Source: an uncultured bacterium (GTDB lineage Bacteria; Armatimonadota; JACIXR01). Taken from it: 64,000 nucleotides of DNA. Below, in pieces: positions 30,789-40,031 of this stretch. Position 1 is the first letter of the stretch; each line of letters opens with the position of its first letter. The stretch spans positions 120,416 through 184,415 of the forward strand of contig CALITO010000008.1 of the NCBI GenBank assembly GCA_938041455.1. Direction: 5' to 3'. The notes below the pieces were generated by a model that was given only the letters and a program-made list of their open reading frames with translations, was not told the origin of the DNA and made no database searches. The translations under genes were made by a program, and so were the position numbers.

Positions 30789-32368
30789 TCTCTAACCCTC
30801 CATATCCTTGCTTCCCCATTTTGGAAGACGAGTTGTAGGAAGGGATTGTTAAATTCTAAAAATTCAGGAGCCAAAAAATGCTCATAATTACCATAATAAA
30901 CATAATTTATATTATTTCGGTGAAGAAAAGCTTTCCTTAACTCTTCGTCTTTACCCTTATAGAACTGCAGAACCTTTTTATATTTCTCAAGGTAATCCGG
31001 CGTTTCTCCCCAATGCCCCGCGTAAACTCGCCTCCCGGTGAGAGAAGGGATATAGCAAGCGAAATCCGGGATAGCCAAAATCACCTCCTTAGGAGTTGTG
31101 TAATCTCTGAACCAATTTAAAGCCTCTATCTCCGAGTTTGTAAGATAGGTAGGTTGAGGATAGAGAGATTGATTTGTTACAAGGGAATATATATCCGTTC
31201 CCAAAATCATCCCATTTGAAAGGAAAAGAAAGAAGAGGAGAAAAGGTAGGAGATTTCTTCTGTTTTCAAGGAAGCGGTTTGTAACGGCGATTGTGGCTAA
31301 TATGGCAAGGGGTATTTGGGTTCCCATAAAGAGTTTTCGCTGGAAGGAAAAGGGTAAATAGGGGAGGATAAAACCAGCAAGGGCCCAGGCGATTAAGAAA
31401 AGGGAGGTAGCGTTTACTTCCTCCTCTCTTACCTTCTTTATAATTGCCCAGATGGCAAGAGGAATTAAAAAACCCATCCCAGTTAGGTACCAATAAAAGG
31501 GGGGAGAGAGGGTGGGGACCTCTGCCCTTTTAGCAAACAAGGGTTCCTTCTGTAAAAGGTAAATTTGGTAATATAGGGCTGGAGAGGCTAATATAAGGGC
31601 GACCCCAGCGTTCAGGATATCCTTCCAGGGTATTTTCTTATCTTTTGCGGAAAGTAGAAAAACATATAATATCCAGACGGCACCTACGATAAGCACATCA
31701 TATGTATGCACATTGGCAAGTATAAGGAGAGAAAATCCCGCTATTAAGCCTCCTTTCCAATCCTTCCTTATGAGAAGGGGGAGAAAAAAACCGAGTATTA
31801 ATAGAAGGGCGAAGGTGAAGAGGGGGTTGACATAAAGGGTAAAGAAAACAGTAGATTCTGGCTGCCATAGATCAACGGAGTTCGCAATCCCTCTCGCTGG
31901 AGAATAGCCACCCGTCAACCAGCCCGCTCCCGAGGAAAAAACCACCATAAGAAGACCTATCATTCTCTTTTTTCTCTCGGGAAATACATAGCAAAGGAAG
32001 GCGTAAAGAAAGCAAAGCAAACCAAAGGCAAAGATATAGCGAGAAATGAACAAGATTTTCAGAGGCGAGATGTGAGTTAATTTGCACAATCCCCCCAGAA
32101 GGAGGGCAAAGAGGTTGAAAAAAGGATGTTGCTGTTCTAAGTTAGTGAAAAGATTAACGAAGAGGATGTGTCCTTGTTTGACCTGCTCTATCCAAGAGAG
32201 GTAAACCGCCAAGTCGTCTTTAAGTCTGAGAAGTGCGAGAAATTTTGCCCCATAGGGTGTTAGCATAGCGCCCACTACATAGGGGAGGGAAAAAAGAAAG
32301 GAGAGAATGAGGAAAACAGCAAGAAGCCAAATAATATCTTCTTTAAAAGGAAAAGAGCTCTTCTTCAT
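30785..32368 (-). CDS. polytopic membrane protein, ArnT/PMT-like GT-C glycosyltransferase candidate
   Basis: About 12 TM segments and a C-terminal soluble domain of about 130 aa. I prefer the ATG at 32368 (MKKSSFPF), which abuts the rodA stop. The family call is tentative. Confidence 0.4.
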   Translation of the reverse strand: MKKSSFPFKEDIIWLLAVFLILSFLFSLPYVVGAMLTPYGAKFLALLRLKDDLAVYLSWIEQVKQGHILFVNLFTNLEQQHPFFNLFALLLGGLCKLTHISPLKILFISRYIFAFGLLCFLYAFLCYVFPERKKRMIGLLMVVFSSGAGWLTGGYSPARGIANSVDLWQPESTVFFTLYVNPLFTFALLLILGFFLPLLIRKDWKGGLIAGFSLLILANVHTYDVLIVGAVWILYVFLLSAKDKKIPWKDILNAGVALILASPALYYQIYLLQKEPLFAKRAEVPTLSPPFYWYLTGMGFLIPLAIWAIIKKVREEEVNATSLFLIAWALAGFILPYLPFSFQRKLFMGTQIPLAILATIAVTNRFLENRRNLLPFLLFFLFLSNGMILGTDIYSLVTNQSLYPQPTYLTNSEIEALNWFRDYTTPKEVILAIPDFACYIPSLTGRRVYAGHWGETPDYLEKYKKVLQFYKGKDEELRKAFLHRNNINYVYYGNYEHFLAPEFLEFNNPFLQLVFQNGEARIWRVRD

Positions 32369-33480
32369 CGGAAGGAAAGCTTTTTCCTCCTCTGATACAC
32401 GCTCTGCACTATTCCTGCCATAATACAAAAGGCGAGCAAGTTGCTACCGCCATAGGTTAAAAAGGGTAGGGGAATGCCCACTGCTGGTATTAAACCCAGT
32501 GTCATCCCGATATTGACGAAGATATGAAATGTCAATAGCACACCCACCGAAGCAGAGAGCAATTGACCTAATGTATCCTCTGTCTCCAAGGCAGTGAGAA
32601 AGCAACGCCATATTAAGATAAAATATAGGGAGAGTATGAAAATACAACCGGCGAAGCCGAGCTCCTCACCCGCCACTGTGAAAATAAAATCGGTATGCTG
32701 GGCGGGTATATAATTCAACCGATTTTGGGTTCCTCTAAATATTCCCTTTCCCCAAACCTCTCCAGAACCTATAGCTATCCTTGATTGAATTATGTGATAG
32801 CCTGCTCCTAAGGGGTCATACCGCGGATTTAAAAATGCCTGTATGCGTTTCTTCTGATATGGACGAAGAATATCAAGGTGCCAAGCACCTACCGCAAGAA
32901 GAAGACCAGCGACTCCTAGGGCAATTATCTGCTTAGCCTTTGTACCCACAATAAGAAGCGATGCCAACCATAAGGTTATGAAGGTGAGAGAGGTCCCAAG
33001 GTCCGGTTGGATGAATACAAGTAGAGTGGGAATAATTATATGGAGAAAGGAACGAAAAATTGTCCTTAAATCTTTTGCTTCCTGATGTTGCCTAGCCCAA
33101 AAAGAGGAAAGAGTTAGGAGGAGCATAACTTTAGCGAATTCAGATGGTTGGATGGTTATTGGACCAAGAACAAACCATCTCTGCGCTCCGCTTGTTCTTC
33201 TGCCCAATAGAAGAACAAGAACAAGTAATACCAGCATAAAGAAGTAAATGTGCCCAGAGAAACGAGGGAATTGTCTGTAATCGGTCGAGGCCATAAGAAA
33301 AAAGAAGAAAAGGGAGAAAATAACCCATATAGCCTGCTTAGTGAGAAAACCGAGAGCTCGGGTGTTAGAAGGAACAGTTTCTAAAGTAGCACTGTATATG
33401 AGTAAAAGTCCTATTCCCATAAGAAGAAACATAGGAATAAAAAAGTAATAGTCTATCCCCTTGAAGAATTTCCTTAGCAT
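32365..33480 (-). CDS. rodA: SEDS-family peptidoglycan glycosyltransferase (RodA/FtsW)
   Basis: QPSEFAK, PDLGTSL, TDFIFTVAGEELGFAG and GIPLPFLTYGGSN motifs. 371 aa. Confidence 0.85.
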   Translation of the reverse strand: MLRKFFKGIDYYFFIPMFLLMGIGLLLIYSATLETVPSNTRALGFLTKQAIWVIFSLFFFFLMASTDYRQFPRFSGHIYFFMLVLLVLVLLLGRRTSGAQRWFVLGPITIQPSEFAKVMLLLTLSSFWARQHQEAKDLRTIFRSFLHIIIPTLLVFIQPDLGTSLTFITLWLASLLIVGTKAKQIIALGVAGLLLAVGAWHLDILRPYQKKRIQAFLNPRYDPLGAGYHIIQSRIAIGSGEVWGKGIFRGTQNRLNYIPAQHTDFIFTVAGEELGFAGCIFILSLYFILIWRCFLTALETEDTLGQLLSASVGVLLTFHIFVNIGMTLGLIPAVGIPLPFLTYGGSNLLAFCIMAGIVQSVYQRRKKLSFR

Positions 33481-33528
33481 ATCAAATAGATTTTAAAATC
33501 TTCTTTTCTTTCCTTCAACAGCACAATT

Positions 33529-35937
33529 TTAAAACTTCCTCTGAGACTTTGAAGAATTAAAGATGGCGACCATCTTTGGCCCTTTTCTTTCCGTCAAGTA
33601 GAAGGGTAAGATAGGTGCTATTCCTTTCTCCAAATCGCAAGATTTATGAGGTAGCAAAAGTATGAAGGATTCCTGAGGACGATTTATTTGGGTAGAGGTT
33701 TGGAAAACATAAAATATATCTACCCAGTCACCGCCGTCATAAAATCTCGTTACATCGTAGGTTCGGCTTCTACTATCTATCCACCTTTTCACCACTCCTA
33801 TCCCGAGACCAAGCGGGGGTTTATCCCAGCAGAAGTCAAGCCATCCTACTTTTCGAGAATTATCCGGTGCTGGCGAACTTCCAAGATAGCCGAAATAGAT
33901 GTCCCTATACTGTTCGCTGTTTTCCAATCTCCCCTTGTTGATTCTCATAGCTTCCTCTCCAGGGAATGCTTGGAAAAAACCCTCTCTTTGTTCAAATCCA
34001 GCCCCCTCTCTCGCTAAATCTAATTCCAAAGCAATCTCCGGAATTATTTCCCTCCTTATCTCTATGAGAGGGCTATGAAAATAAAATATATAGTGGCTCC
34101 TTCCCTTTAATCCATTACCTTTTAGGGGAACTATCACCTCTTGGAAAACCTTTCCTTTCCTAAGTAAGACTTCTGCCCTTAGGGGAGTTAGGTTAAAGGA
34201 AGGATGTAGTTCAATTCGCCAGGGAGAAGAAAATAAGTTCTCCCCGTTAACCTTTAAGCTTCTTATCTCGTCTTTGGTTATATCAAGGCTAACTTGGTAG
34301 AACTCGTTAACGAAATCTATGTTTTCTTGAGGAGAGAATGAAGAATTTGCCTTTTCTTCTGGGTATATAATATAAAAGCGGTTTTTGCCCGGAGGGATAT
34401 CTTTCTCAACCCATATCAATTCGCCCTTCTCGCTACTTTGGGCTGATATTTCCTCCGTAGCTTCTCCTTGGTAATTGGAGAGAAATACCCTTGCTGAAGC
34501 CCATCTATTGGGCAAAGAGAAACGAAGGGGTTGTTGTCTTCGGGGGTAAGGGGAAGAGGGTAGCCATACAGCAAGATTTTCCTCACTTTTTAAAGCGGGA
34601 ACATCAATACCTATTGCTTCCTCCTCTTCGCTATCCAAAATCGTTATGTTAGAACCCGTTTTGATTTTTACCTTTATAGTATGAAAGCCACTTCTCATAT
34701 TATCTAAAACAAAGGTAAAGTCCTTTGTCTCCTCGACTTTTAATCTTTTTATAGTGGACTTTTTTGTTTCCTTTCCATCTACCCAAAGGAAAACTTCAAC
34801 TGGTCCTCCATCCATATTCCCTATATTTTTAACCTTTCCTACAACCACAGGTTTTCCTTGGTATTCTTTTATCTGCCATTCGTAAGTAATGACAGGTAGG
34901 ACAAAGTAGCGGTAAAAAAGCTCATCAGATAGTTTGTCTAATTGGGGAACGCTACCATAATAGAAGATAGCGATTCCGAGTATATTTGGACAAAGACTTT
35001 TAATTATCCTAAACTGCGCTTCTAATTCTTTAGATGTTGTCAAAAGCACTCCTTGGTTGGGTTGATAATTTATTCCCAAGCCAAGAAGGGTTTTCCTTTC
35101 TAACTTCTTATCTCTAATCTCCTCTAAATATTTCCTCAATATCCCAAGGTGCATATTGTGGTAATTGAGGTAGCACTCGGGTAAGAAGTAATCCACATAG
35201 GGAACAATGTCTTCGGGTATCGCACCCACGCACCAAAGTGCTACTTTCAAATTAGGATGCCTTTCTTTAAACTTCTTAATAGCCTCTATCACTTTTTCTC
35301 CTGCCTCGCCTCCTCCATAATATTCATCTATCCCTATTCCCTCAGCACCTCCTGGTATTTTTGACCAGCAGAAGACCTGTTCTTCAACAGAGGCATCTTT
35401 ATGTGTATCCCAAAAGCAGACGCCCGGCTTGAACGCAAGCGCTGTGCGTCCCTCCCATAACCATTCTCCAATATAATCTTCTTCTATTGTCGTGCTCAAA
35501 GTTGCCCACCGCAAATCCTTAGGTGTGCCATACCAGGCAAACTCCACTTTCCTTTCTACCACGGGGAAGGAAAATTTAGTCGCTTTCTTTTCTTTCTCTG
35601 TGTCAAGGTATAACTCAACCTCGTAAACGCCGTTTTCCTCGGCTCTCCATTCCCCTATCTCGATCTTTTGTCTTTCTCCTCCTCCTATCGGACCTATCGT
35701 GATCTGTTTAAATCTCTTTTTCTTATCTTTTCCCAGATAAAGGGTAAGGTTTGCCCTTTCTACAGGTTTATCTCCTTCATTGAATATAGTAGTTCGGAAT
35801 TTTATCTTTTCCCTAACTACAGGAAGGATAGGGGAAGTGAACAGTTTTTCAATTTTCAAAGGAAAAGCCTGTAGTCCTAAAAATAGAATTAAGCAAGAAC
35901 TTTTTAGAAGTGGAGCAGAATGCAGATTTTTAAACAT
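33529..35937 (-). CDS. secreted 802-aa multidomain protein of unknown function
   Basis: N-terminal signal-like segment (SSCLILFLGLQA), two CARDB-like beta-sandwich stretches (about aa 35-125 and 370-440), a central alpha/beta region containing GIGIDEYYGGGE and an uncharacterised C-terminal half of about 350 aa. Confidence 0.5.
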   Translation of the reverse strand: MFKNLHSAPLLKSSCLILFLGLQAFPLKIEKLFTSPILPVVREKIKFRTTIFNEGDKPVERANLTLYLGKDKKKRFKQITIGPIGGGERQKIEIGEWRAEENGVYEVELYLDTEKEKKATKFSFPVVERKVEFAWYGTPKDLRWATLSTTIEEDYIGEWLWEGRTALAFKPGVCFWDTHKDASVEEQVFCWSKIPGGAEGIGIDEYYGGGEAGEKVIEAIKKFKERHPNLKVALWCVGAIPEDIVPYVDYFLPECYLNYHNMHLGILRKYLEEIRDKKLERKTLLGLGINYQPNQGVLLTTSKELEAQFRIIKSLCPNILGIAIFYYGSVPQLDKLSDELFYRYFVLPVITYEWQIKEYQGKPVVVGKVKNIGNMDGGPVEVFLWVDGKETKKSTIKRLKVEETKDFTFVLDNMRSGFHTIKVKIKTGSNITILDSEEEEAIGIDVPALKSEENLAVWLPSSPYPRRQQPLRFSLPNRWASARVFLSNYQGEATEEISAQSSEKGELIWVEKDIPPGKNRFYIIYPEEKANSSFSPQENIDFVNEFYQVSLDITKDEIRSLKVNGENLFSSPWRIELHPSFNLTPLRAEVLLRKGKVFQEVIVPLKGNGLKGRSHYIFYFHSPLIEIRREIIPEIALELDLAREGAGFEQREGFFQAFPGEEAMRINKGRLENSEQYRDIYFGYLGSSPAPDNSRKVGWLDFCWDKPPLGLGIGVVKRWIDSRSRTYDVTRFYDGGDWVDIFYVFQTSTQINRPQESFILLLPHKSCDLEKGIAPILPFYLTERKGPKMVAIFNSSKSQRKF

Positions 35938-35989
35938 TTCCCGAATAATTGTAATTTTTCTTCAGGAATCCATCAAACTCGTTTTTGGC

Positions 35990-37933
35990 CTATGGCCAAG
36001 GGAAGAAAGGCACTGGATTATTCGTTAAGCAGGCATAAAAGGTCAAAAGGACTGCCATCGTGAATTCTCCAAATATCAAGCCCAAGAAGAAAAGGCGAGT
36101 TTTAGCGAAAAGGCGCATTCCTCCCATAAAAAGTATAAAGGATTTGATGAGCCAGGCGAGGAAGATGGGGAACCAGAAAACTATGCATCCCCAGGATGTG
36201 GATAACGCAAAGCCGAGGGGATGAAGTGGCCACCACCAGAACCTTGTCCTCATAAAAATTAAAAACAAGGTGAACAAGGCACCTCCGAAGAAGAAGGGGA
36301 TGTATCGGACATTGCTGGGAACCTTATTCTCTATAAAGGAGGCATTCTCCAGGAAGTAACGAAGGTTATCACCCCTAAAGGAAAACCAGTAAAGATTCAA
36401 TCCTCCTTTCTTATAAACTATCAGTAAGTGAAAAAAAGTAGCTACAACAATAGAGAAGGGAACCGCTAATCCGAATAGGAAGGCTAAATTTCTTCTCTTC
36501 ATTTTTAAGCTATCGCCTATTTTGAAACTATCCAGAAAACCTGTTATCAATATTCCTCTCAAGTCCCTCGCAAATAGGGAATCCATAAAGGGGAGAATGG
36601 AAAGGTTCTGCGCTCCTAAAGAACTCGGGGAGGCGAAAAGTGAATAAATATCTATGGGAGTAAAGCAACCCTCTGTCATTATCATTCCCCCCTCAGAGGT
36701 TGAGCGTGAAGCTATCACAGCTTCTACAAAGATGTAAATCATAAATTGAAAGAAGGCTAACCATAGAGCCATTCCCGCCATATTGCTCCAAATACCTATA
36801 AGTATTATCGCTATTAACAATCCTAAAAGGGCTATCTTATAGGGCACAACCTCAGCGGGGTCCTCTCTTTCCTTCCCTATAACGCAACGAAAAACACGCT
36901 TCAAGTGAGGAAGAGCAATGTAGAAAAGATAGCCCGCCAAGATAAAGAAAGCCCCGGCCGTCTCATAGGCAACGAACAGTTGTGCCCCCGCGTGGGGAGC
37001 AATAGTCGTCTCGGCTCCAAAAGCGGTGGCTAAAATCTCCTGCGCCCTGAAAAATAAATAGAAAAACCAAAAGCTGAACAAAAGTTGGGTAGGTAGAAGG
37101 TAGAAGAAACCTATCGTGGCGAAGGAGATATAGATATAAAGATATTCCAGGTTGTCCCAGGGACGTCCGGTTAAATATTGCTTTAAATTTATTGTGAGGT
37201 TTACGGAGGGTAAATAAGGGAAGACTTTTTGTAATGTATTGAGGCTATAGACTAAGGCAGGAATGGCAAAACCTAACCACATGGTTTTGTTGGAGAGAAA
37301 AGTATTTCCTGCGCTGATCATCTCTATTGGAAGTTGGGTCAATGGGAAGGGAAGTTTCTCTCCCTCTATCCATTGCTTCCGAAAAATCACAGCGAGACAG
37401 AAAAAGGAAAAAAAGACAAGCAGAACGAGGATGTACCACCTTAAAAGAGGTAGCAACCATCTGAGCCAGGGGATATCGCTGAACGCATAATACCCCTCGT
37501 AATAACCTTTAACTATTTCCTGCCTTTCCATTCCAGAAGGATTCCAGGGAACGAGCCAACTTTTTATATAGGGGAAAAATATTTGTTGCCATTTATTTAC
37601 TTGATTAGCGTAATAATTGATGCCCGTAAGGGTAGAAGGGAGATCCTCCATTAAACCCCTCGATGAAATCATAGAACTGATGAGCATCATAAAGAAGATG
37701 ACTGCTAATTCCTGGAATGAAAGGGGCTTTAGGAAAGGGGAAAGGAACCTATTTGCTAATAGGAGAAGAAATAACATCCCTACCGCTACAGGCGGTAGTT
37801 GAAGGAAGCCAATTTGGATTGAAGCGGTTACTAACTCCGCCCAGGTTACAATGAAGGCGACAATAGAAGCAAAGAGGAAGCCGAGAAGAAGTGCTCGGGC
37901 GGTCAATTTCTCCCTTAGGGATGTGCCAGCCAA
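35990..37933 (-). CDS. orphan polytopic membrane protein (about 14 TM)
   Basis: 647-aa ORF that is hydrophobic throughout, with a WWWPLHPLGFA motif near the C-terminus. There is no in-frame ATG before TM1. Candidate starts are the TTG at 37933 (inside the hairpin loop) or the TTG at 37906. I do not recognise the family. Confidence 0.6.
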   Translation of the reverse strand: MAGTSLREKLTARALLLGFLFASIVAFIVTWAELVTASIQIGFLQLPPVAVGMLFLLLLANRFLSPFLKPLSFQELAVIFFMMLISSMISSRGLMEDLPSTLTGINYYANQVNKWQQIFFPYIKSWLVPWNPSGMERQEIVKGYYEGYYAFSDIPWLRWLLPLLRWYILVLLVFFSFFCLAVIFRKQWIEGEKLPFPLTQLPIEMISAGNTFLSNKTMWLGFAIPALVYSLNTLQKVFPYLPSVNLTINLKQYLTGRPWDNLEYLYIYISFATIGFFYLLPTQLLFSFWFFYLFFRAQEILATAFGAETTIAPHAGAQLFVAYETAGAFFILAGYLFYIALPHLKRVFRCVIGKEREDPAEVVPYKIALLGLLIAIILIGIWSNMAGMALWLAFFQFMIYIFVEAVIASRSTSEGGMIMTEGCFTPIDIYSLFASPSSLGAQNLSILPFMDSLFARDLRGILITGFLDSFKIGDSLKMKRRNLAFLFGLAVPFSIVVATFFHLLIVYKKGGLNLYWFSFRGDNLRYFLENASFIENKVPSNVRYIPFFFGGALFTLFLIFMRTRFWWWPLHPLGFALSTSWGCIVFWFPIFLAWLIKSFILFMGGMRLFAKTRLFFLGLIFGEFTMAVLLTFYACLTNNPVPFFPWP

Positions 37934-37953
37934 CTGGCTGGCACATCCCTAAG
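37914..37953. repeat. perfect 18-bp inverted repeat with a 4-nt spacer (intercistronic stem-loop)
   Basis: CTTAGGGATGTGCCAGCC (37914-37931), AACT, GGCTGGCACATCCCTAAG (37936-37953). The arms are exact reverse complements. Confidence 0.95.
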
Positions 37954-37962
37954 TTATTTAGT

Positions 37963-38613
37963 TTACCAAATCATCGCTGGCACTATATGCTCAGCGTGGA
38001 ATTCCCAAGTGCCAATCTCCTGTGAATGTAGCCACTTTACATGCCCATCGCAGAAAGCTATGTTATCCCCTTCAGAGTGGCGAGTATATTTTGGATCTCT
38101 GCGCTCCGGCATACATTGAGCAGCACAAGCATTGGGCCAAGCGATGAAGAAGGCGCAAGCGAAGGTAGTTAGGGAGTCACCCACCATAACTAAGTCAGCC
38201 GGTTTCTCCAATTTGGCGAGGGATAGACCGCGGGGTGGGCTACACCAGTGGGGGCACAACATACAGGATGCTATACCATAGTTAATATCTCCAGCTGGTT
38301 GGGTTGAACCATCCGGTTGGAGGATGCCAGCGGCCGCGGAGGGGCATTTCAGTACTTGAGCATTCTTCAAATAAGGTTGGATGAGGTCATACCACCATCT
38401 ATTGTCCGCACGGCTTCCCGTAGGTAAACACTCGTCCCAGTCCTGAGCATACATTAGAAACGCGTTAGCTATTTGCTTTAGGCTGGACTGGCAGTGAGCT
38501 TTTCTCGCCTGCTCCCTCGCTCTGGAAAAAACAGGGAACAGGATGGCCGCCAGGATAGCTATAATAGCTATAACGACCAAAAGCTCGATTAATGTGAAGC
38601 CTTTTCGCTTCAT
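37963..38613 (-). CDS. prepilin-type N-terminal cleavage/methylation protein of the H-X9-DG (DUF1559) class
   Basis: Class III signal MKRKG|[24 protein letters not shown] and a C-terminal [12 protein letters not shown] (His, 9 residues, Asp-Gly). 216 aa, Cys-rich. Confidence 0.9.
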   Translation of the reverse strand: MKRKGFTLIELLVVIAIIAILAAILFPVFSRAREQARKAHCQSSLKQIANAFLMYAQDWDECLPTGSRADNRWWYDLIQPYLKNAQVLKCPSAAAGILQPDGSTQPAGDINYGIASCMLCPHWCSPPRGLSLAKLEKPADLVMVGDSLTTFACAFFIAWPNACAAQCMPERRDPKYTRHSEGDNIAFCDGHVKWLHSQEIGTWEFHAEHIVPAMIW

Positions 38614-38732
38614 ATCAAAAACACCTCCTATGGAAAATTTCTATTTTGTAAAAGATATAATATATGACCCCAAAGGGAAAAACTATAAATTTTTTATTGA
38701 GGAATAGGAGATTTTTAAGGTTTGTACCTGCT

Positions 38733-40004
38733 TCAAAGAATATTCAACTGTTTTCTCTTCGCTCTTCTATACATCAAGGGGGTAATTCTCGTTTCCCTTT
38801 TGAAAACAGCAGCGAAATATGCGGGATCGTTAAAACCCACTTGAAGGGCGATATCGGTTACTGAAAGGTCGGTGTTTTCCAAAAGCTCTTGCGCCTTACT
38901 TATTCTTACTTTGGACAAATACCTTGCGAAACTGCAACCTGTGGTTTTCTTGAATATAGCACTGAAATAACTTGGACTTAAGTGAACTGCCTTTGCTACT
39001 GTTTCTAACCTTATTTCCTCACGATAATTCTCCAATATATACTTCTTTGCTCTTTCCACTACCGACTGGGCAAGCCCCGGCTCTTCCCAAAGGGTCATAA
39101 GGTCGTTTATGATCCAGCTCATCGTCTCCACTATTTCTTCCTTTGTTTTGCATCTATCTAAAAGAGAGGCGTATTGTAGTGTAAGCTTTAAAAGATTGAC
39201 CTTACGGGCAGTGAACATTCTTATGACCCCTAATATGGAGAGAACTAATCCCCATACCTGGGATTTCACTACCAAGGGTTCTTTTTCCCAATTCTCGAGA
39301 ATAAGGTTGAGTATTCTGGAAAGAGACAGAAGAATGCTATTTTTCGTTCCATATCTCAGGCGTGTGAGAAGTTCTTTCTCTTCTTCATATGGATATCTGG
39401 ATTGATGTAGGGAAAGCCACAATTGGGAATTTATTAAGTCCTTCTCAAAATCCGCCTCGGCCCTTTTCATAAAAAGTTCTTTTAGCCTCCTATAAGCTCT
39501 TCTGCTATGCCTTAACGTGTGCATTATGGAGCCCCTGATATGGTTTATCAGTTCAAAAATTGTCCAGGAGACATCCTGCACAAGGCGAGGTGAGACCACG
39601 GGAAGTTGCCAATAAGCTTTCCTCAACTCTTCTTTATCGATGGGCAAGTCACATACTTTTTCCCAAATCTTCTCAAATCTTTCCTCACTTGGCTCCTCTG
39701 TGAGAAACTGCCCCAGCATAACGAAGGCAACGCATTTATCCATAAACATTACAGGAATAACACCATCTACCAAGCCGCCGTGGCATTGGTAGATATAGGG
39801 ACGCTTATTCCTACAAGCTATCCCGAGCGCCTGTTTGTCATTGCTCAAGCACCTGCTAAGCCCTTTATAGGTTTGTTGGATTAGTGCGCAATAGTTCTCA
39901 CGCGTGGCGGAGTGGGGAATTCCCACAGCGGGGCGCACATCTTCCGAAAGACAAACAGAAAGATGTAATTTCTCAAACTCTGAACTCTCCCAGTGTTTCG
40001 TCAT
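38733..40004 (-). CDS. PocR-sensor / AraC-family transcriptional regulator
   Basis: PocR pattern (CALIQQ...RCLSND...YIYQCHGGLVDGVIPVMFMDKCVAFVMLGQF) and a C-terminal double HTH (LSPSYFSAIFKKTTGCSF...DIALQVGFNDPAYFAAVFKRETRITP). I prefer the ATG at 40004 (GAGGAAGGA upstream). The TTG at 40040 is an alternative. Confidence 0.85.
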   Translation of the reverse strand: MTKHWESSEFEKLHLSVCLSEDVRPAVGIPHSATRENYCALIQQTYKGLSRCLSNDKQALGIACRNKRPYIYQCHGGLVDGVIPVMFMDKCVAFVMLGQFLTEEPSEERFEKIWEKVCDLPIDKEELRKAYWQLPVVSPRLVQDVSWTIFELINHIRGSIMHTLRHSRRAYRRLKELFMKRAEADFEKDLINSQLWLSLHQSRYPYEEEKELLTRLRYGTKNSILLSLSRILNLILENWEKEPLVVKSQVWGLVLSILGVIRMFTARKVNLLKLTLQYASLLDRCKTKEEIVETMSWIINDLMTLWEEPGLAQSVVERAKKYILENYREEIRLETVAKAVHLSPSYFSAIFKKTTGCSFARYLSKVRISKAQELLENTDLSVTDIALQVGFNDPAYFAAVFKRETRITPLMYRRAKRKQLNIL

Positions 40005-40031
40005 TCCTTCCTCACTTATAACCAGAAATTG

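Noticed and set aside
37749-37946. A 65-aa minus-strand ORF starting at the ATG inside the 18-bp hairpin arm (AGGGATG).
   Set aside because: It is out of frame with, and entirely overlapped by, the 647-aa membrane-protein ORF. The AGGG abuts the ATG with no spacing, and the product is low-complexity. It is probably a by-product of the palindrome.
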